This document shows, one piece after another, positions 17,970-28,415 of a DNA stretch of 64,000 bases. Source of the stretch: Thermoplasmata archaeon (GTDB taxonomy: Archaea > Thermoplasmatota > Thermoplasmata > Lutacidiplasmatales > UBA184). The stretch covers positions 532,335 through 596,334 of the forward strand of contig JAKASQ010000001.1 in assembly GCA_021828195.1 (NCBI GenBank), read 5' to 3'. The position numbers and the translations under genes were made by a program. The notes beneath the pieces were generated by a model that was not told the DNA's origin, did not search any database, and saw only the letters and a list, made by a program, of their open reading frames with translations. Position 1 is the first letter of the stretch. Each line of letters starts with the position of its first letter.

Positions 17970-19288
17970 GCACCCGCCCGCGTCGGCCGCTCGTCGTGAA
18001 GTTCGGAGGCGCGTCGCTCGCCCGGCCCGACGTGATCGCAACTCGGATCCGGGGGCTTCGGGAGTCCTGCACGCCGGTCGTCCTCATCGTCTCCGCCCGG
18101 GAGGGTGTGACCGACGAGCTTCGGGACTTGATCGAGCGGCCGCGCGCGACTCGCGCGCATCGGGAAGCCCTCGCTCGCATCGAAGAGCAACATCCCAGCC
18201 CTTCGGCGATCGGCCGCGCGCACCTGGCCCGCCTTCGCCGCCTCGTCCATCGGATCGAGCGGCGCGGCCGCTGCGACCCGCCGACCGCGGATCGGATCAT
18301 GAGCATCGGCGAACGCTTGGCGGTCGACTGGCTCTCGGGCGAGCTGCGGGACGTCGGCCTTCCGGCCGTCGGCATCGAGGCCGACCGCCTCGGGCTCGTT
18401 ACGGACGATCGTCACGGAGGCGCGAACATCCTCATTGATCGGTCGGCTGCGGCCGTTCGCGCCGGGCTCGGAGCCCGCCTGCGGGGCGGACGGATCCCGG
18501 TGGTCACGGGATTCTTTGGCCGGGGCCCCCACGGGCGCGTCGTCACCCTCGGTCGCGGCGGTTCCGACTATTCGGCGACCGCGATCGGGGCGATCCTTGG
18601 CGCGAGCCGTGTCGAGCTCATCAAGCGCGGCGTTTCGGTACTGACCGCCGACCCGCGGCTCGTACCCCGCGCCCGCACGATCCGGCGACTTTCCTACGAA
18701 GAGGCGGAGGAGCTCGCCCAGTTCGGCGCGAAGGTCCTCCACCCGTTGACGGTGGAGCCGGCGCGCACCGCGAACCTGGAGATTGCGGTCCGCTCGCTCG
18801 ACGACCCGCGCGAGTTGACCATCATCGGTCCCCCCCGGGGCCCGAACGGGATGCGGGCGCTCACCCTGCTCGAACCCCTCGGGCTGGTCCGGATTCGCGT
18901 GCCGGGAGGGCGCCAGCGACCGGGGGTCGTCGCGGAGGCATCCCACCGGCTCGCGGACGCGCGTGTGAACATCGTGACCCTCTTCACCTCCTCCTCGCTC
19001 CTGAGCGTCGTGGTGGAGCGCACGAAAGCCCGGGCGGCCGCCCGTGCGCTCGCGGGCCTCTCCCGAGGAGGGGGTGCCAGCATCGAGGGCCCGTTCCCCG
19101 TCGGCCTGCTCACGGCGATCGGAGATGGCGTGCTTGACGATCTTGGCCGCATCCCGCCGGCGATCCTCGCCGAGGGGGAGGGGCTGAGCGCCACGCCCCG
19201 ATCGCTCTCCTTCGCCGTCCCGATCCCCAAGGCTCGGGCCGCGCTCCGCGCCCTCCACCGCGCGCTGGTCGAGGAGGCCGGCCGATGA
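17966..19288 (+). CDS. ask: aspartate kinase
   Basis: Starts VSTRPRRPLVVKFGGASLARPD, with C-terminal ACT domains. GTG start with GTGA overlap with asd. Confidence 0.85.
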   Translation: MSTRPRRPLVVKFGGASLARPDVIATRIRGLRESCTPVVLIVSAREGVTDELRDLIERPRATRAHREALARIEEQHPSPSAIGRAHLARLRRLVHRIERRGRCDPPTADRIMSIGERLAVDWLSGELRDVGLPAVGIEADRLGLVTDDRHGGANILIDRSAAAVRAGLGARLRGGRIPVVTGFFGRGPHGRVVTLGRGGSDYSATAIGAILGASRVELIKRGVSVLTADPRLVPRARTIRRLSYEEAEELAQFGAKVLHPLTVEPARTANLEIAVRSLDDPRELTIIGPPRGPNGMRALTLLEPLGLVRIRVPGGRQRPGVVAEASHRLADARVNIVTLFTSSSLLSVVVERTKARAAARALAGLSRGGGASIEGPFPVGLLTAIGDGVLDDLGRIPPAILAEGEGLSATPRSLSFAVPIPKARAALRALHRALVEEAGR

Positions 19289-20487
19289 ACGATCCGTGGG
19301 AGGAGTTCGTCCACCGCTCCCGGGACGCCCCCTGCGCAGGCTACATCGAGCGAGGCGACGCCCCGGGGATTCCCGGGCGATGGGCGACGTCCTTCGTCGA
19401 TCCACGAGCCCGCTTCGCGATCGAGCCGAACGACACCACCGCCTCGCTGGAGAAGCGGACGGTCGGCGTGTTGCGCGGCGCCCGGAACCGAGCCCTGCTC
19501 GGTTATGTCGGATTTGACGCGGTCTCGGCGTTCGAGCCGCTCTTGAGGAAGTTCCCTCCGGGTGCGCCGTTCCCCCTCGGAGAGTTCGCCGTCATCGACC
19601 GGCTGCGTCTCGAGCGCGTGCCGCACCCGCCGGTGCGCCCGCCGGCCCCCCGAGAGACCCTTTGCCCCGGCCGGCCCCCGCGGGAGACGCTCCCCCAGCG
19701 ACAGTTCGAACGGGCCGTCCGGCGCGCACGCGCTGCGGTCGGGCAGGGCGAGGCCTTCCAGATCGTGGTCGCGACCCGTCGGAGCTGGCCCCGGCCGGCG
19801 AACCTGGTCGAACGCGCCGGCTGGCTGAGGGCGGTCGAGCGATTCGCCTACTTCTACTATCTGAAGTTCGACGATCGAGAGATCGTCGGCGCGAGCCCGG
19901 AGTCCGTCCTCGAGGTCCGGCGAGGTCGCGCCTACGTCAGCCCGATCGCGGGGACCCTTCCTCACGGACCGGCCCGACGGGGGCGTCGCGCGCTCCGGGA
20001 GGATCCTAAGGAGCTCGCGGAGCACCGGATGCTCGTCGATCTCGCCCGGAACGATCTCGGGCGCATCTCCGAGGCAGGCACCGTCCGCGTCCTCTCGAAG
20101 GAGCGCCGCGAGTCCTTCGCGCGCCTCGAGCATCTCATCAGTCGGGTGGGCGGCCGCCTGCGTGCAGGGGTCGGCCCTTGGGAGGCGCTCGCGGCCGCGT
20201 TCCCGGCGGGGACCGTGAGCGGCGCGCCGAAGATCCGCGCGACCCAGGTCCTGCGCCAGCAGGAACGAACGTGGAGGGGACCGTATGGAGGAGCGGTGGG
20301 CCTCCTGCGAGGGAACGGCGACGCCGCATGGGCGCTCTCCATCCGGACGGCGTTCGCGGCGGGACGAGCGCTGCACACGGCCGCGGGCGCCGGGATCGTC
20401 TGGCAATCCCAACCTCGACGCGAGTACCGCGAGGTGCTCGCGAAGCTCGCGCAGGTAGAGTCGACGCTGGTCAGGGGTGCCCGATGA
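19285..20487 (+). CDS. trpE: anthranilate synthase component I
   Basis: The chorismate-binding domain signature (...LVDLARNDLGRIS...GAPKIRA...) is present. 400 aa. ATGA overlap. Confidence 0.85.
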   Translation: MNDPWEEFVHRSRDAPCAGYIERGDAPGIPGRWATSFVDPRARFAIEPNDTTASLEKRTVGVLRGARNRALLGYVGFDAVSAFEPLLRKFPPGAPFPLGEFAVIDRLRLERVPHPPVRPPAPRETLCPGRPPRETLPQRQFERAVRRARAAVGQGEAFQIVVATRRSWPRPANLVERAGWLRAVERFAYFYYLKFDDREIVGASPESVLEVRRGRAYVSPIAGTLPHGPARRGRRALREDPKELAEHRMLVDLARNDLGRISEAGTVRVLSKERRESFARLEHLISRVGGRLRAGVGPWEALAAAFPAGTVSGAPKIRATQVLRQQERTWRGPYGGAVGLLRGNGDAAWALSIRTAFAAGRALHTAAGAGIVWQSQPRREYREVLAKLAQVESTLVRGAR

Positions 20488-21065
20488 AGGTGCTCCTCAT
20501 CGACCATGAGGATTCCTTCGTCTACAACGTGGATCAGGCGCTCCGCACGGCGGGCGCCGACGTACGCACGATCCGCTACACGGCTCCCTGGTCGGCGATC
20601 GCCGAGTACGATCCCGACGGCTTCGTGTTCTCTCCGGGTCCGGGCCATCCCCGGGACCGACGCGTGACGGGCCTCGCACGCCGGGTCCTGACCGAGTTCA
20701 GTCGCGAGCGCCCCGTGCTCGGGATCTGCCTCGGCCACCAGCTGATCGGCGAACATTTCGGGGGCCGGGTCGTCCAGGCTTCCTCGCCCGTGCACGGAGC
20801 TACGGCGGCGGTCCGACACGGCGCGGACCGGCTCTTCCGGGGAGTGCCCTCTCCGTTCGACGCGGCCCGGTACCACTCGCTCGTGCTCGATGCTTCCCAC
20901 GTGCCCCATGTCTTGGAAGTGATCGCTTCCACCACGCGCGGAACCGTCATGGCGGTGCGGCACCGACACCGCCCCGTCGCCGGGGTCCAGTTCCATCCGG
21001 AGTCCTACCTCACGACGCGCGGGCCTGCCATCCTCAGGAACTTCCTCGGGGAGGTTCACCGATGA
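20484..21065 (+). CDS. trpG: anthranilate synthase component II (glutamine amidotransferase)
   Basis: Starts MKVLLIDHEDSFVYNV, with the class I GATase motif GICLGHQ. 193 aa. ATGA overlap. Confidence 0.9.
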   Translation: MKVLLIDHEDSFVYNVDQALRTAGADVRTIRYTAPWSAIAEYDPDGFVFSPGPGHPRDRRVTGLARRVLTEFSRERPVLGICLGHQLIGEHFGGRVVQASSPVHGATAAVRHGADRLFRGVPSPFDAARYHSLVLDASHVPHVLEVIASTTRGTVMAVRHRHRPVAGVQFHPESYLTTRGPAILRNFLGEVHR

Positions 21066-22108
21066 TCGGCTCGCTCTTGGAGAGGGCGGCCGACGGCCGG
21101 CCGCTGCGCCCCGCGGAGGTCCGCGTTGCGGTCAATCTCTTGGTTCGTGACTCGACCCCCGACGTGGAGCGCGCGGCGCTCCTCGCGGCGCTCGCCACGC
21201 GGGGGGAGACCTCCGTCGAGATCGCGTCCTTCGCACGCGAGGTCCAGCGCCATTCGATCCCGTTCCCCGGCCCGCGCGCAAACCGGGCGATCGATCTCTG
21301 TGGATCGGGCGGAGCGCGACGCCCCGCATTCAACGTGGGCACCGTATCTTCCTTCGTGGTCCGCGCCGCGGGCGTGCCGGTGGCGAAGCATGGAAACCGG
21401 AGCTTGCGCGGGGCCCACCTCGGCTACGCCGGATCGAGCGATCTGATCGAGGCCCTCGGCCTTCCCTACCTCACGTCGCGAGCGTTCGCCCGGGAGAGCT
21501 ACCGTCGCGAGGGGATTACGTTCCTGCACGCGCCGCTCTTCCATCCCGCGATCGGCGCGGTGGGGCCCGTGCGCCGTGCCCTCGGGATCCGCACTCTGTT
21601 CAACGAGCTCGGTCCGCTCACGAACCCGGCACGGGTCTCCTACCAGGTTGTCGGAACTCCCGATCGCGCGACGGCCCGATCGGTGGCGTCGATCCTTCCC
21701 GGGCTCGGGGTCCACGACGGGGCCACGATCGCCGCCTCGGACGCGACGGATGAGTTTTCCCCTACGCGGCCCTCCGAACTGTTCCTGTGGAGCGGTACCC
21801 GTCGGCGTCGGCTCCGCGTGGACCCCCACCGCCACCTCGAGCCGGATGATCGCCGGGGCTCGAACGGCCCGCTTCCCGCCCGGGAGTCGGCCGCCGAGAC
21901 CGAGCGGATCCTCGCGGGAGGGGGCGGCGCCCGCCGGGGGAGCATCCTCCTCACGAGCGCCCTCGGGCTGTGGGTGCGGGGCGCCGTTCCGACACTGCGG
22001 GCGGGCGTCGCTCGCGCTACCGACGCGCTCGATTCCGGCCGAGCCGAAGCGCTGCTCGGCCGGCTCCGCGAACTCGGCACTTCGCGCATCTGGGCGGGAG
22101 AGGAGTAG
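21062..22108 (+). CDS. trpD: anthranilate phosphoribosyltransferase
   Basis: Contains DLCGSGG...VAKHGNRS, a divergent TrpD glycine-rich/PRPP motif. 348 aa. ATGA overlap. Confidence 0.8.
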   Translation: MIGSLLERAADGRPLRPAEVRVAVNLLVRDSTPDVERAALLAALATRGETSVEIASFAREVQRHSIPFPGPRANRAIDLCGSGGARRPAFNVGTVSSFVVRAAGVPVAKHGNRSLRGAHLGYAGSSDLIEALGLPYLTSRAFARESYRREGITFLHAPLFHPAIGAVGPVRRALGIRTLFNELGPLTNPARVSYQVVGTPDRATARSVASILPGLGVHDGATIAASDATDEFSPTRPSELFLWSGTRRRRLRVDPHRHLEPDDRRGSNGPLPARESAAETERILAGGGGARRGSILLTSALGLWVRGAVPTLRAGVARATDALDSGRAEALLGRLRELGTSRIWAGEE

Positions 22109-22110
22109 CG

Positions 22111-22917
22111 ATGACCTTCCTGGACGACCTGCTTCCCGAGATCCGGCGCACGATCACCTCCCCCGCGTACGCGATCGGCTTACCGTCCTCGGCGCGACGA
22201 TCTCCTCCGAGCCTCCGTGCGTCGATCGACTCCGCGGCCCACAACTGGGGGGTGCTGCTCGAGCATAAGCACCGGTCCCCAGGATCCCTCGAGCCGACGC
22301 GGCGGGGCGCGGGGATCGATTCGTTCGTGCGCGTCGCCGAGGCCGGAGGGGTCGCCGGCCTCTCCTGCCTCGCGACGGCCCCCGAGTTCGCGGGGGCGCC
22401 GGAGGAGGTCGCGGCCGTCGCCGCACGCAGCCGCCTCCCGGTACTGTTCAAGGACTTCGTGATCGACCCGATCCAGGTCGATGCCGCCCGGAGGGCGGGC
22501 GCCGCGGCGATCCTCCTCCTCGCCCGGCTCGAAACCGAACGCCATCTCTCGTACTCGCTCGCCCAGCTCGCCGAGCGGGCCCACGAAGGCGGGCTCGAGG
22601 TGCTCCTCGAGTTCCACGGCCCCGACGAGCTCGAGGTGGCGGACCACGTGCCCGCGGACGTCTACGGCATCAACCTGCGGGACCTGGAGACCCTGAGGCT
22701 CTGCCCCGAGATCGCGGCACAGACGTTTGTCCATGCGCGAGGACTCCGACCGTTGATCGGGATGAGCGGCATCGAAGGCCCCGAGGATGCCGCGCGATTC
22801 CGCACCTGGGGAGCGGACGGAATCCTCGTCGGTTCGGCGCTCGCTCGCGCGCGGGACCCCGGGGAGTTCGTGGCCGGCCTCGGCCGGGTGGGGAGCATGC
22901 GACGGGGTGGATCGTGA
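22111..22917 (+). CDS. trpC: indole-3-glycerol phosphate synthase
   Basis: Internal ATG at 22111. The product starts MTFLDDLLPEIRR, with the IGPS motif VLFKDFVIDPIQ. 268 aa. Confidence 0.85.
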   Translation: MTFLDDLLPEIRRTITSPAYAIGLPSSARRSPPSLRASIDSAAHNWGVLLEHKHRSPGSLEPTRRGAGIDSFVRVAEAGGVAGLSCLATAPEFAGAPEEVAAVAARSRLPVLFKDFVIDPIQVDAARRAGAAAILLLARLETERHLSYSLAQLAERAHEGGLEVLLEFHGPDELEVADHVPADVYGINLRDLETLRLCPEIAAQTFVHARGLRPLIGMSGIEGPEDAARFRTWGADGILVGSALARARDPGEFVAGLGRVGSMRRGGS

Positions 22918-23561
22918 GGACCTTCGTGAAGTTCTGCGGATTGAGCGATGCCGCGACGATCGCGCTCGTGCCGGAGGGCGGCGCCGCGGGGTTCGTGATC
23001 GACGTGCCCGGCTCCCCGCGCGCGATCCCCCTGGAGCGGGCGGCGAAGCTCGCCGAGGTCGTGCCGAGCGACCGCGAGATCTGGGCGGTGACGGTCGATC
23101 CGAGCGTCGAACTGATCCTGCGGATCTTCGAAGAGATGGGAACGGACCGGGTGCAAGTGCACGGTCGGATCCCCGACGGGCTCGACACGATCCTTCGGCG
23201 CCACATCGTCCCGTCGCTGGCGATTCCCCGGCCGGGAAGCGACGATCCCACTCCCGAACTTCCGGGGACCGATCTCGCCTCCCTCGTCCACCTGGACGCC
23301 GCAGGCGGCGCCCTGCCGGGAGGAGGCGGGGCCGCACCGGACTGGGAGATCTGCGCTCGGATCCTCGCGAGCGCCCCCGGCCGAAAGATCGTGCTCGGCG
23401 GGGGACTCACCCCCGAGAACGTGGAGAGTGCGCTCTCGACCGTAGCCCCGTGGGGGGTGGATGTCTCGAGTGGAATCGAATCCGCTCCCGGGAGGAAGGA
23501 TCCGACGCGCATGCTCGCGTTCTTGGGGGCCGTGCGACGCTGGGAGGCCCATCATGCCTAG
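22914..23561 (+). CDS. trpF: phosphoribosylanthranilate isomerase
   Basis: Starts (V)RTFVKFCGL in a TIM-barrel PRAI. GTG start with GTGA overlap with trpC. Confidence 0.85.
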   Translation: MRTFVKFCGLSDAATIALVPEGGAAGFVIDVPGSPRAIPLERAAKLAEVVPSDREIWAVTVDPSVELILRIFEEMGTDRVQVHGRIPDGLDTILRRHIVPSLAIPRPGSDDPTPELPGTDLASLVHLDAAGGALPGGGGAAPDWEICARILASAPGRKIVLGGGLTPENVESALSTVAPWGVDVSSGIESAPGRKDPTRMLAFLGAVRRWEAHHA

Positions 23562-24717
23562 GCGGTTCGGCCCCTATGGGGGAGCTTTCGTTCCCGAGAC
23601 CCTGGTCCCGGCGCTGTCCGAGCTCGAACGCGAGTGGCGCACCGCGCGGCGAGATCCGAGGTTCCGTGCCGAGCTTCACCGCCTTTCTCGCACGCTCGCC
23701 GGCCGACCCACACCTCTGTACTTCGCCGGCCGGCTCACCGAGCGGGCCCGAGGCGCGGAGATCTGGCTCAAGCGGGAGGATCTCGTGCACGGCGGCGCGC
23801 ACAAGTTCAACAACGCGCTCGGCCAGGGCCTGCTCGCGAAGCGGATGGGCAAACCGCGCCTGATCGCCGAGACCGGCGCGGGGCAGCACGGGGTAGCGAC
23901 GGCGATGATCGGAGCCGCGCTCGGGCTTGAGACCGAGGTGTACATGGGCGAGGTCGACATGGAACGCCAGCGATCCAACGTCCTCCGGATGGAACTGCTC
24001 GGTGCGAAGGTCCGGCCCGTCACGACGGGCCAGCGGACCCTCAAGGACGCGATCAACGCCGCGCTCCGGGACTGGATCGCGAGCGTTCGGTCGACCCACT
24101 ACCTACTGGGTTCCGCGGTGGGGCCGCACCCTTTCCCATCGATCGTCGCGGAGTTCCAGAGCGTGATCGGTCGGGAGATCGCGAAGCAATCCCGCGCGAC
24201 GTTCGGCCGGCTTCCCGACCTCGCGGTCGCGTGCGTCGGCGGTGGATCCAACGCGATCGGCACGTTCCACCCGTTGCGACGCACGGACGTCGAGTTCCTA
24301 GGTGTAGAGGCCGGGGGATATCGCCGCCACGGCGCCGGCGCGGCGTCCCTCGCCCACGGCCGGCCCGGGATCTTGCACGGGACGTACTCGTACGTCCTGC
24401 AAGACCGCGAGGGGCAGATCTCCGAGACGGAGAGCATCAGCGCCGGGCTCGACTATGCCGGCGTCGGCCCCGAGCATGCATGGCTGAAGGACAGCGGGCG
24501 GGCGCGGTACATCGCGGTCCACGACGACGACGCCCTGCGAGCGTTCCACTGGCTCGCCGAGGACGAAGGGATCCTGCCCGCCCTGGAATCCGCGCATGCC
24601 GTGTTCGCCGCGGTCGCGGAGGCGCGACGGCGTCCCGCCCGGCAGAAGATTGTCGTCACGCTCTCCGGCCGCGGCGACAAGGATTTGGAGGTGGTCGGTC
24701 GTGCCGCGAGTCGCTGA
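23554..24717 (+). CDS. trpB: tryptophan synthase beta chain
   Basis: Starts [17 protein letters not shown] and contains the PLP site [13 protein letters not shown]. 387 aa. Overlaps trpF by 8 nt. Confidence 0.9.
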   Translation: MPRRFGPYGGAFVPETLVPALSELEREWRTARRDPRFRAELHRLSRTLAGRPTPLYFAGRLTERARGAEIWLKREDLVHGGAHKFNNALGQGLLAKRMGKPRLIAETGAGQHGVATAMIGAALGLETEVYMGEVDMERQRSNVLRMELLGAKVRPVTTGQRTLKDAINAALRDWIASVRSTHYLLGSAVGPHPFPSIVAEFQSVIGREIAKQSRATFGRLPDLAVACVGGGSNAIGTFHPLRRTDVEFLGVEAGGYRRHGAGAASLAHGRPGILHGTYSYVLQDREGQISETESISAGLDYAGVGPEHAWLKDSGRARYIAVHDDDALRAFHWLAEDEGILPALESAHAVFAAVAEARRRPARQKIVVTLSGRGDKDLEVVGRAASR

Positions 24718-25537
24718 CGCGCTCTCCCTCGCTCGTTCGCAGGGACGCGCCGCCCTGGTCCCGTACGTCATGGTCGACCGGGCCCGCACGCGCCGGCTCC
24801 GCTCGGTCGTCGAGGCCGCGCTCGAGGCGGGGGCGTCGGCGCTCGAGCTGGGGTTCCCGTTCTCCGATCCGATTGCCGATGGACCGATCCTGCAAGCGAC
24901 CGCGGACCGCGCCCTCTCGAATGGCACCGACTGGAGCGATCTGGTCGAGTCGCTCGAGATCGCGAGCGCGCTCCTCCCGACCGCGGTCATGAGCTACGCG
25001 AACCCCTTTTGGCGGCACGGGCTCGACCACTCCCTCCGGAGCATCGCGCGCGCGGGCGCGTCGGGGCTCATCGTTCCGGACCTGTCGCTGGAAGAAGCGC
25101 CACCCTGGATCGCCGCGGCCGGCCGCCATTCGATCAATCTCGTCCTCCTGGCGGCGCCGGGGGTCTCGGAGCGGCGGACGGTCCGTCTCGCGCGGGCGAC
25201 CCGCGGATTCCTGTACCTGGTAGCGCGCTACGGAACCACGGGGACGGCGCTCTCGGCCGAACGGATCGATCTGACCCCGATCGTTCGGACCGCCCACCGG
25301 GCGGCGCCGAGGACCCCGGTCCTGATCGGATTCGGGATCAAGGATCCCGCGACGGCCGCGCAGGCGCTCGCGTACGGGGCCGACGGGGTCATCGTCGCAA
25401 GCGCGCTCGAAGAGCGCTTCGTCCGAGCTTTCGGAGCGGCGACGGTCCGGCGCGTGCTCGGGCCGATCGATCGCACGCTTCGCGCACGCGGCGTGAGCCC
25501 GCCGTCGCGGCCCCTCTTATATCGCACGCGCCGCTAG
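24701..25537 (+). CDS. trpA: tryptophan synthase alpha chain
   Basis: The GTG at 24701 gives [26 protein letters not shown]. The motif [17 protein letters not shown] is present. Overlaps trpB by 17 nt. Confidence 0.85.
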   Translation: MPRVADALSLARSQGRAALVPYVMVDRARTRRLRSVVEAALEAGASALELGFPFSDPIADGPILQATADRALSNGTDWSDLVESLEIASALLPTAVMSYANPFWRHGLDHSLRSIARAGASGLIVPDLSLEEAPPWIAAAGRHSINLVLLAAPGVSERRTVRLARATRGFLYLVARYGTTGTALSAERIDLTPIVRTAHRAAPRTPVLIGFGIKDPATAAQALAYGADGVIVASALEERFVRAFGAATVRRVLGPIDRTLRARGVSPPSRPLLYRTRR

Positions 25538-25544
25538 CGGCCCA

Positions 25545-26744
25545 ATGGCTCCGGTCGCTGGCCGGTGGACGCGCTCCGCCCGGCGCGTGCTGCCCCAGAT
25601 GCGGACGTGGCGGATCGCCTTTCACGAGGACCCCGAGCTCTCCGACCAAGAGACCCACACGCGCGATCGGGTCGTCTCGGCGCTCCGGACCTTGGGCCTC
25701 GATCCGATCACGTACGACGACGGTTTCAACGGGGTCCTCGCGGTGATCGCCGGAGATCGACCGGGTCCCGTGGTGGCCCTGCGAGCGGACATGGACGCCC
25801 TGCCGGTGAGGGAAGAGACCGGCCTTGCCTTCCGTTCGCGCAACCCCGGCCGGATGCATGCGTGCGGGCACGACGTTCACATGTCGGCGCTACTCGGAGC
25901 CGCGACCATCCTCGCGGGGCACCGCTCGGGGCTTCGGGGCGCCGTGAAGCTGCTGTTCCAACCGGCCGAGGAGGAGGGAGAGAAGGGGGGCGCAGGGCCG
26001 TTCCTCGAACGAGGCTGCTTCGAGCGGCCGAAGGTCGATTACGTCGTGGGCCAGCACGTCGACCCCGCCGTGCCGCTCGGGTCGATCGGCACCCGGGCAG
26101 GGCCGGCGATGGCCGCGGCCGACCGCTTCCGCATCCGGATCCGGGGTCATGGGGGCCACGCAGCCGCGCCGCACCTCGGACCCGACGCCGTGCTCGTCGC
26201 CTCGGAGATCGTGGTCGGACTCCAGGCGCTGGTGAGCCGGGTACGCAACCCGGTCGACCCGGTGGTCGTGAGCGTCGGACAGATCCACGGGGGCACCCGA
26301 CACAACATTCTTCCCGACGAGGTCGTCCTCGACGGCACCGTGCGGACCTTTCGGCCCGCGACCCGCGAACGGATGGAGGTCGCGCTCCGCCGTCGCGTGC
26401 GCTCGATCGCCGCCAGCCTGGAGGCGAAAGTGCGGATCGAGTACTACCGAGGGTACCCGGCGCTTTGGAACCCCACCGGAGCGACACGGGTGATCACCGA
26501 AGCTCTGCGCTCGGAGTTCGGCGCCCGGCGTGTCATCGAACTCGAGGAGCCGGTAATGGGCGCCGAGGACTTCGCCCGGTACCTGGAACGTGTACCCGGG
26601 ACGTTCTTCCAGCTCGGCGTGGGGGTCGCCGGCCGCTCGGCGGGATTGCACAGCGCCCAGTTCGCTCCGCCCGAAGCCGCTCTCGTTTACGGCGCCGCCG
26701 CCCTCTTGGCCGCGACCGAGGCCCTGCAGGGGAACGCACCGTGA
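25545..26744 (+). CDS. M20D-family metal-dependent amidohydrolase (N-acyl-amino acid / aminoacylase-hippurate hydrolase-like)
   Basis: Contains HACGHDVHMSALLGAA...FQPAEE, the M20D metal-binding signature. 399 aa. The start could alternatively be M19 at 25599. Confidence 0.75.
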   Translation: MAPVAGRWTRSARRVLPQMRTWRIAFHEDPELSDQETHTRDRVVSALRTLGLDPITYDDGFNGVLAVIAGDRPGPVVALRADMDALPVREETGLAFRSRNPGRMHACGHDVHMSALLGAATILAGHRSGLRGAVKLLFQPAEEEGEKGGAGPFLERGCFERPKVDYVVGQHVDPAVPLGSIGTRAGPAMAAADRFRIRIRGHGGHAAAPHLGPDAVLVASEIVVGLQALVSRVRNPVDPVVVSVGQIHGGTRHNILPDEVVLDGTVRTFRPATRERMEVALRRRVRSIAASLEAKVRIEYYRGYPALWNPTGATRVITEALRSEFGARRVIELEEPVMGAEDFARYLERVPGTFFQLGVGVAGRSAGLHSAQFAPPEAALVYGAAALLAATEALQGNAP

Positions 26745-28021
26745 ACGTCGCACGCGCGCGCGCCGACTTCCCCGCCCTGCGCCCGCGCTCCGGGCGATCT
26801 CGCGTCGCCTACCTCGACTCCGCGTGCATGTCGCTCGTGCCGGAATCGGTCCTGCGCGCGATGGAGGAGTACTACTCCGACTATCCCGGCTGCGCCGGCC
26901 GCAGCTTGCACCGATTTTCCGAGGAGGTCTCGCGCCGCTACGACGCCGCGCGGAGCGCCTTCGCCGAGTTCGTCGGCACGAACGCGCCGGAACATGTCGT
27001 CTTCCTGCGAAATGCGACCGAGGCGATCAACCTGGTGGCGAGCGGCCTCGACTGGAAGAAGGGCGACCGGGTGCTCGTCTCCGATCAGGAGCATAACTCG
27101 AACCTCGTCGTCTGGCAGCGGCTCCGGCGCGAGCGCGGGATCCGGCTCGAGATCCTCCCGCTGAGCGCCGACGGGTCCTGGGATGCCGAGGTGCTCGAGC
27201 GCGCCCTCTCCCGGAGGATCCGGCTCGTCAGTCTCTTCCACACCTCCAATCTTGACGGTCGTTCCCTGCCGATCCGCGAGATCGCGGAGCGCGCGCACGA
27301 TCGGGGAGCCCAGACGCTGTTCGATGGCTGCCAGGCGGCTCCGCATCGCCCGGTGAATTTCGATCGCCTCGGCACGGACTTCTACGCCCTGTCGGCCCAC
27401 AAGATGCTCGGACCGACCGGAACGGGAATCCTCGTGGGCACCCCCCAGGGCCTCTCCGGGTTGCGACCGCTCGTGATCGGGGGGGAGACGGTACAATGGA
27501 CCACGCTCACCGACCACGAACTGCGTCCCCCTCCCTACCGGTTCGAAGCCGGGCTGCAGAACTACGGTGGCATCATCGGAGCCCACGCCGGGCTTCGGTA
27601 CCTCGAGCGGATCGGCCTCGAGGCCATCGAGAGCGCCCAGCGCGAACTCAACCGCGACGTGACCAAGGCGCTCTCCGGGCTCGGACGGGTCCACGTCCTC
27701 GGACCGGAGAACCCGCGGGACCGCCCCAGCATCTTCGGCTTCACGATCGACGGGATCGATCCCCACGACGCGGCGTTGTTCCTGGACGAGGGCTGGGGAG
27801 TGCTCGTCCGCTCCGGCATGCATTGCGTACACTCCTGGTACGAGCGCCGGGGCCTCACGGGGAGCATTCGGGCCTCGTTCTATCTCTACAACAACCGGGA
27901 CGACGTCACCGCCCTCGTCCGCGGCGTCCGAGAACTGCTCGAGCGCCTGCCCTCGCGGCCGGGCGGAGCGCGGCCGACGCCGCACCGCGGCCAACGGGCG
28001 CCGAAGGCACGTGTCGCATGA
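26741..28021 (+). CDS. class V aminotransferase family PLP enzyme, SufS/CsdA-like cysteine desulfurase
   Basis: GTG start with GTGA overlap. Contains the PLP lysine region SAHKMLGPTGTGIL and the catalytic Cys loop RSGMHC. 426 aa. Confidence 0.7.
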   Translation: MNVARARADFPALRPRSGRSRVAYLDSACMSLVPESVLRAMEEYYSDYPGCAGRSLHRFSEEVSRRYDAARSAFAEFVGTNAPEHVVFLRNATEAINLVASGLDWKKGDRVLVSDQEHNSNLVVWQRLRRERGIRLEILPLSADGSWDAEVLERALSRRIRLVSLFHTSNLDGRSLPIREIAERAHDRGAQTLFDGCQAAPHRPVNFDRLGTDFYALSAHKMLGPTGTGILVGTPQGLSGLRPLVIGGETVQWTTLTDHELRPPPYRFEAGLQNYGGIIGAHAGLRYLERIGLEAIESAQRELNRDVTKALSGLGRVHVLGPENPRDRPSIFGFTIDGIDPHDAALFLDEGWGVLVRSGMHCVHSWYERRGLTGSIRASFYLYNNRDDVTALVRGVRELLERLPSRPGGARPTPHRGQRAPKARVA

Positions 28022-28404
28022 AGGGAATGTACCTCGACTACACAGGGATCCGCGTCACCAATCTCGAACGCGCGCACCGGTTCTTCACGGGCGCACTCGG
28101 ACTGCGGGAGGTCCGCCGTGGAACCATGCACCATGGCGGCATCTGGGTCCTGCTGGGCGATCCGCGATCGAAGCAGCACCTCGAGCTGAACTGGTACCCG
28201 CCAGGGTCGGAGTTCGCGACCCGTTTCGTCGCGGGTGAGGGTCTCGATCACATCGGCGTTCGGGTCCGGGACCTGCCGGATCTTGCACGCCGATTGCGCC
28301 GCTACGGAGGACGGCTCCAAACCCAGTTCCGGGAGGGCCGGCGCGTCGTGGTGGCGTACTATCGCGGTCCGGACGATATCTGGATCGAGCTCATCCGGCA
28401 GTAG
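28018..28404 (+). CDS. VOC (glyoxalase/bleomycin-resistance/dioxygenase) family protein
   Basis: Starts MKGMYLDYTGIRVTNLERAHRFFTGALGL, with a second VOC module DHIGVRVRDL. 128 aa. ATGA overlap. Confidence 0.7.
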   Translation: MKGMYLDYTGIRVTNLERAHRFFTGALGLREVRRGTMHHGGIWVLLGDPRSKQHLELNWYPPGSEFATRFVAGEGLDHIGVRVRDLPDLARRLRRYGGRLQTQFREGRRVVVAYYRGPDDIWIELIRQ

Positions 28405-28415
28405 CCGGCTACGGA

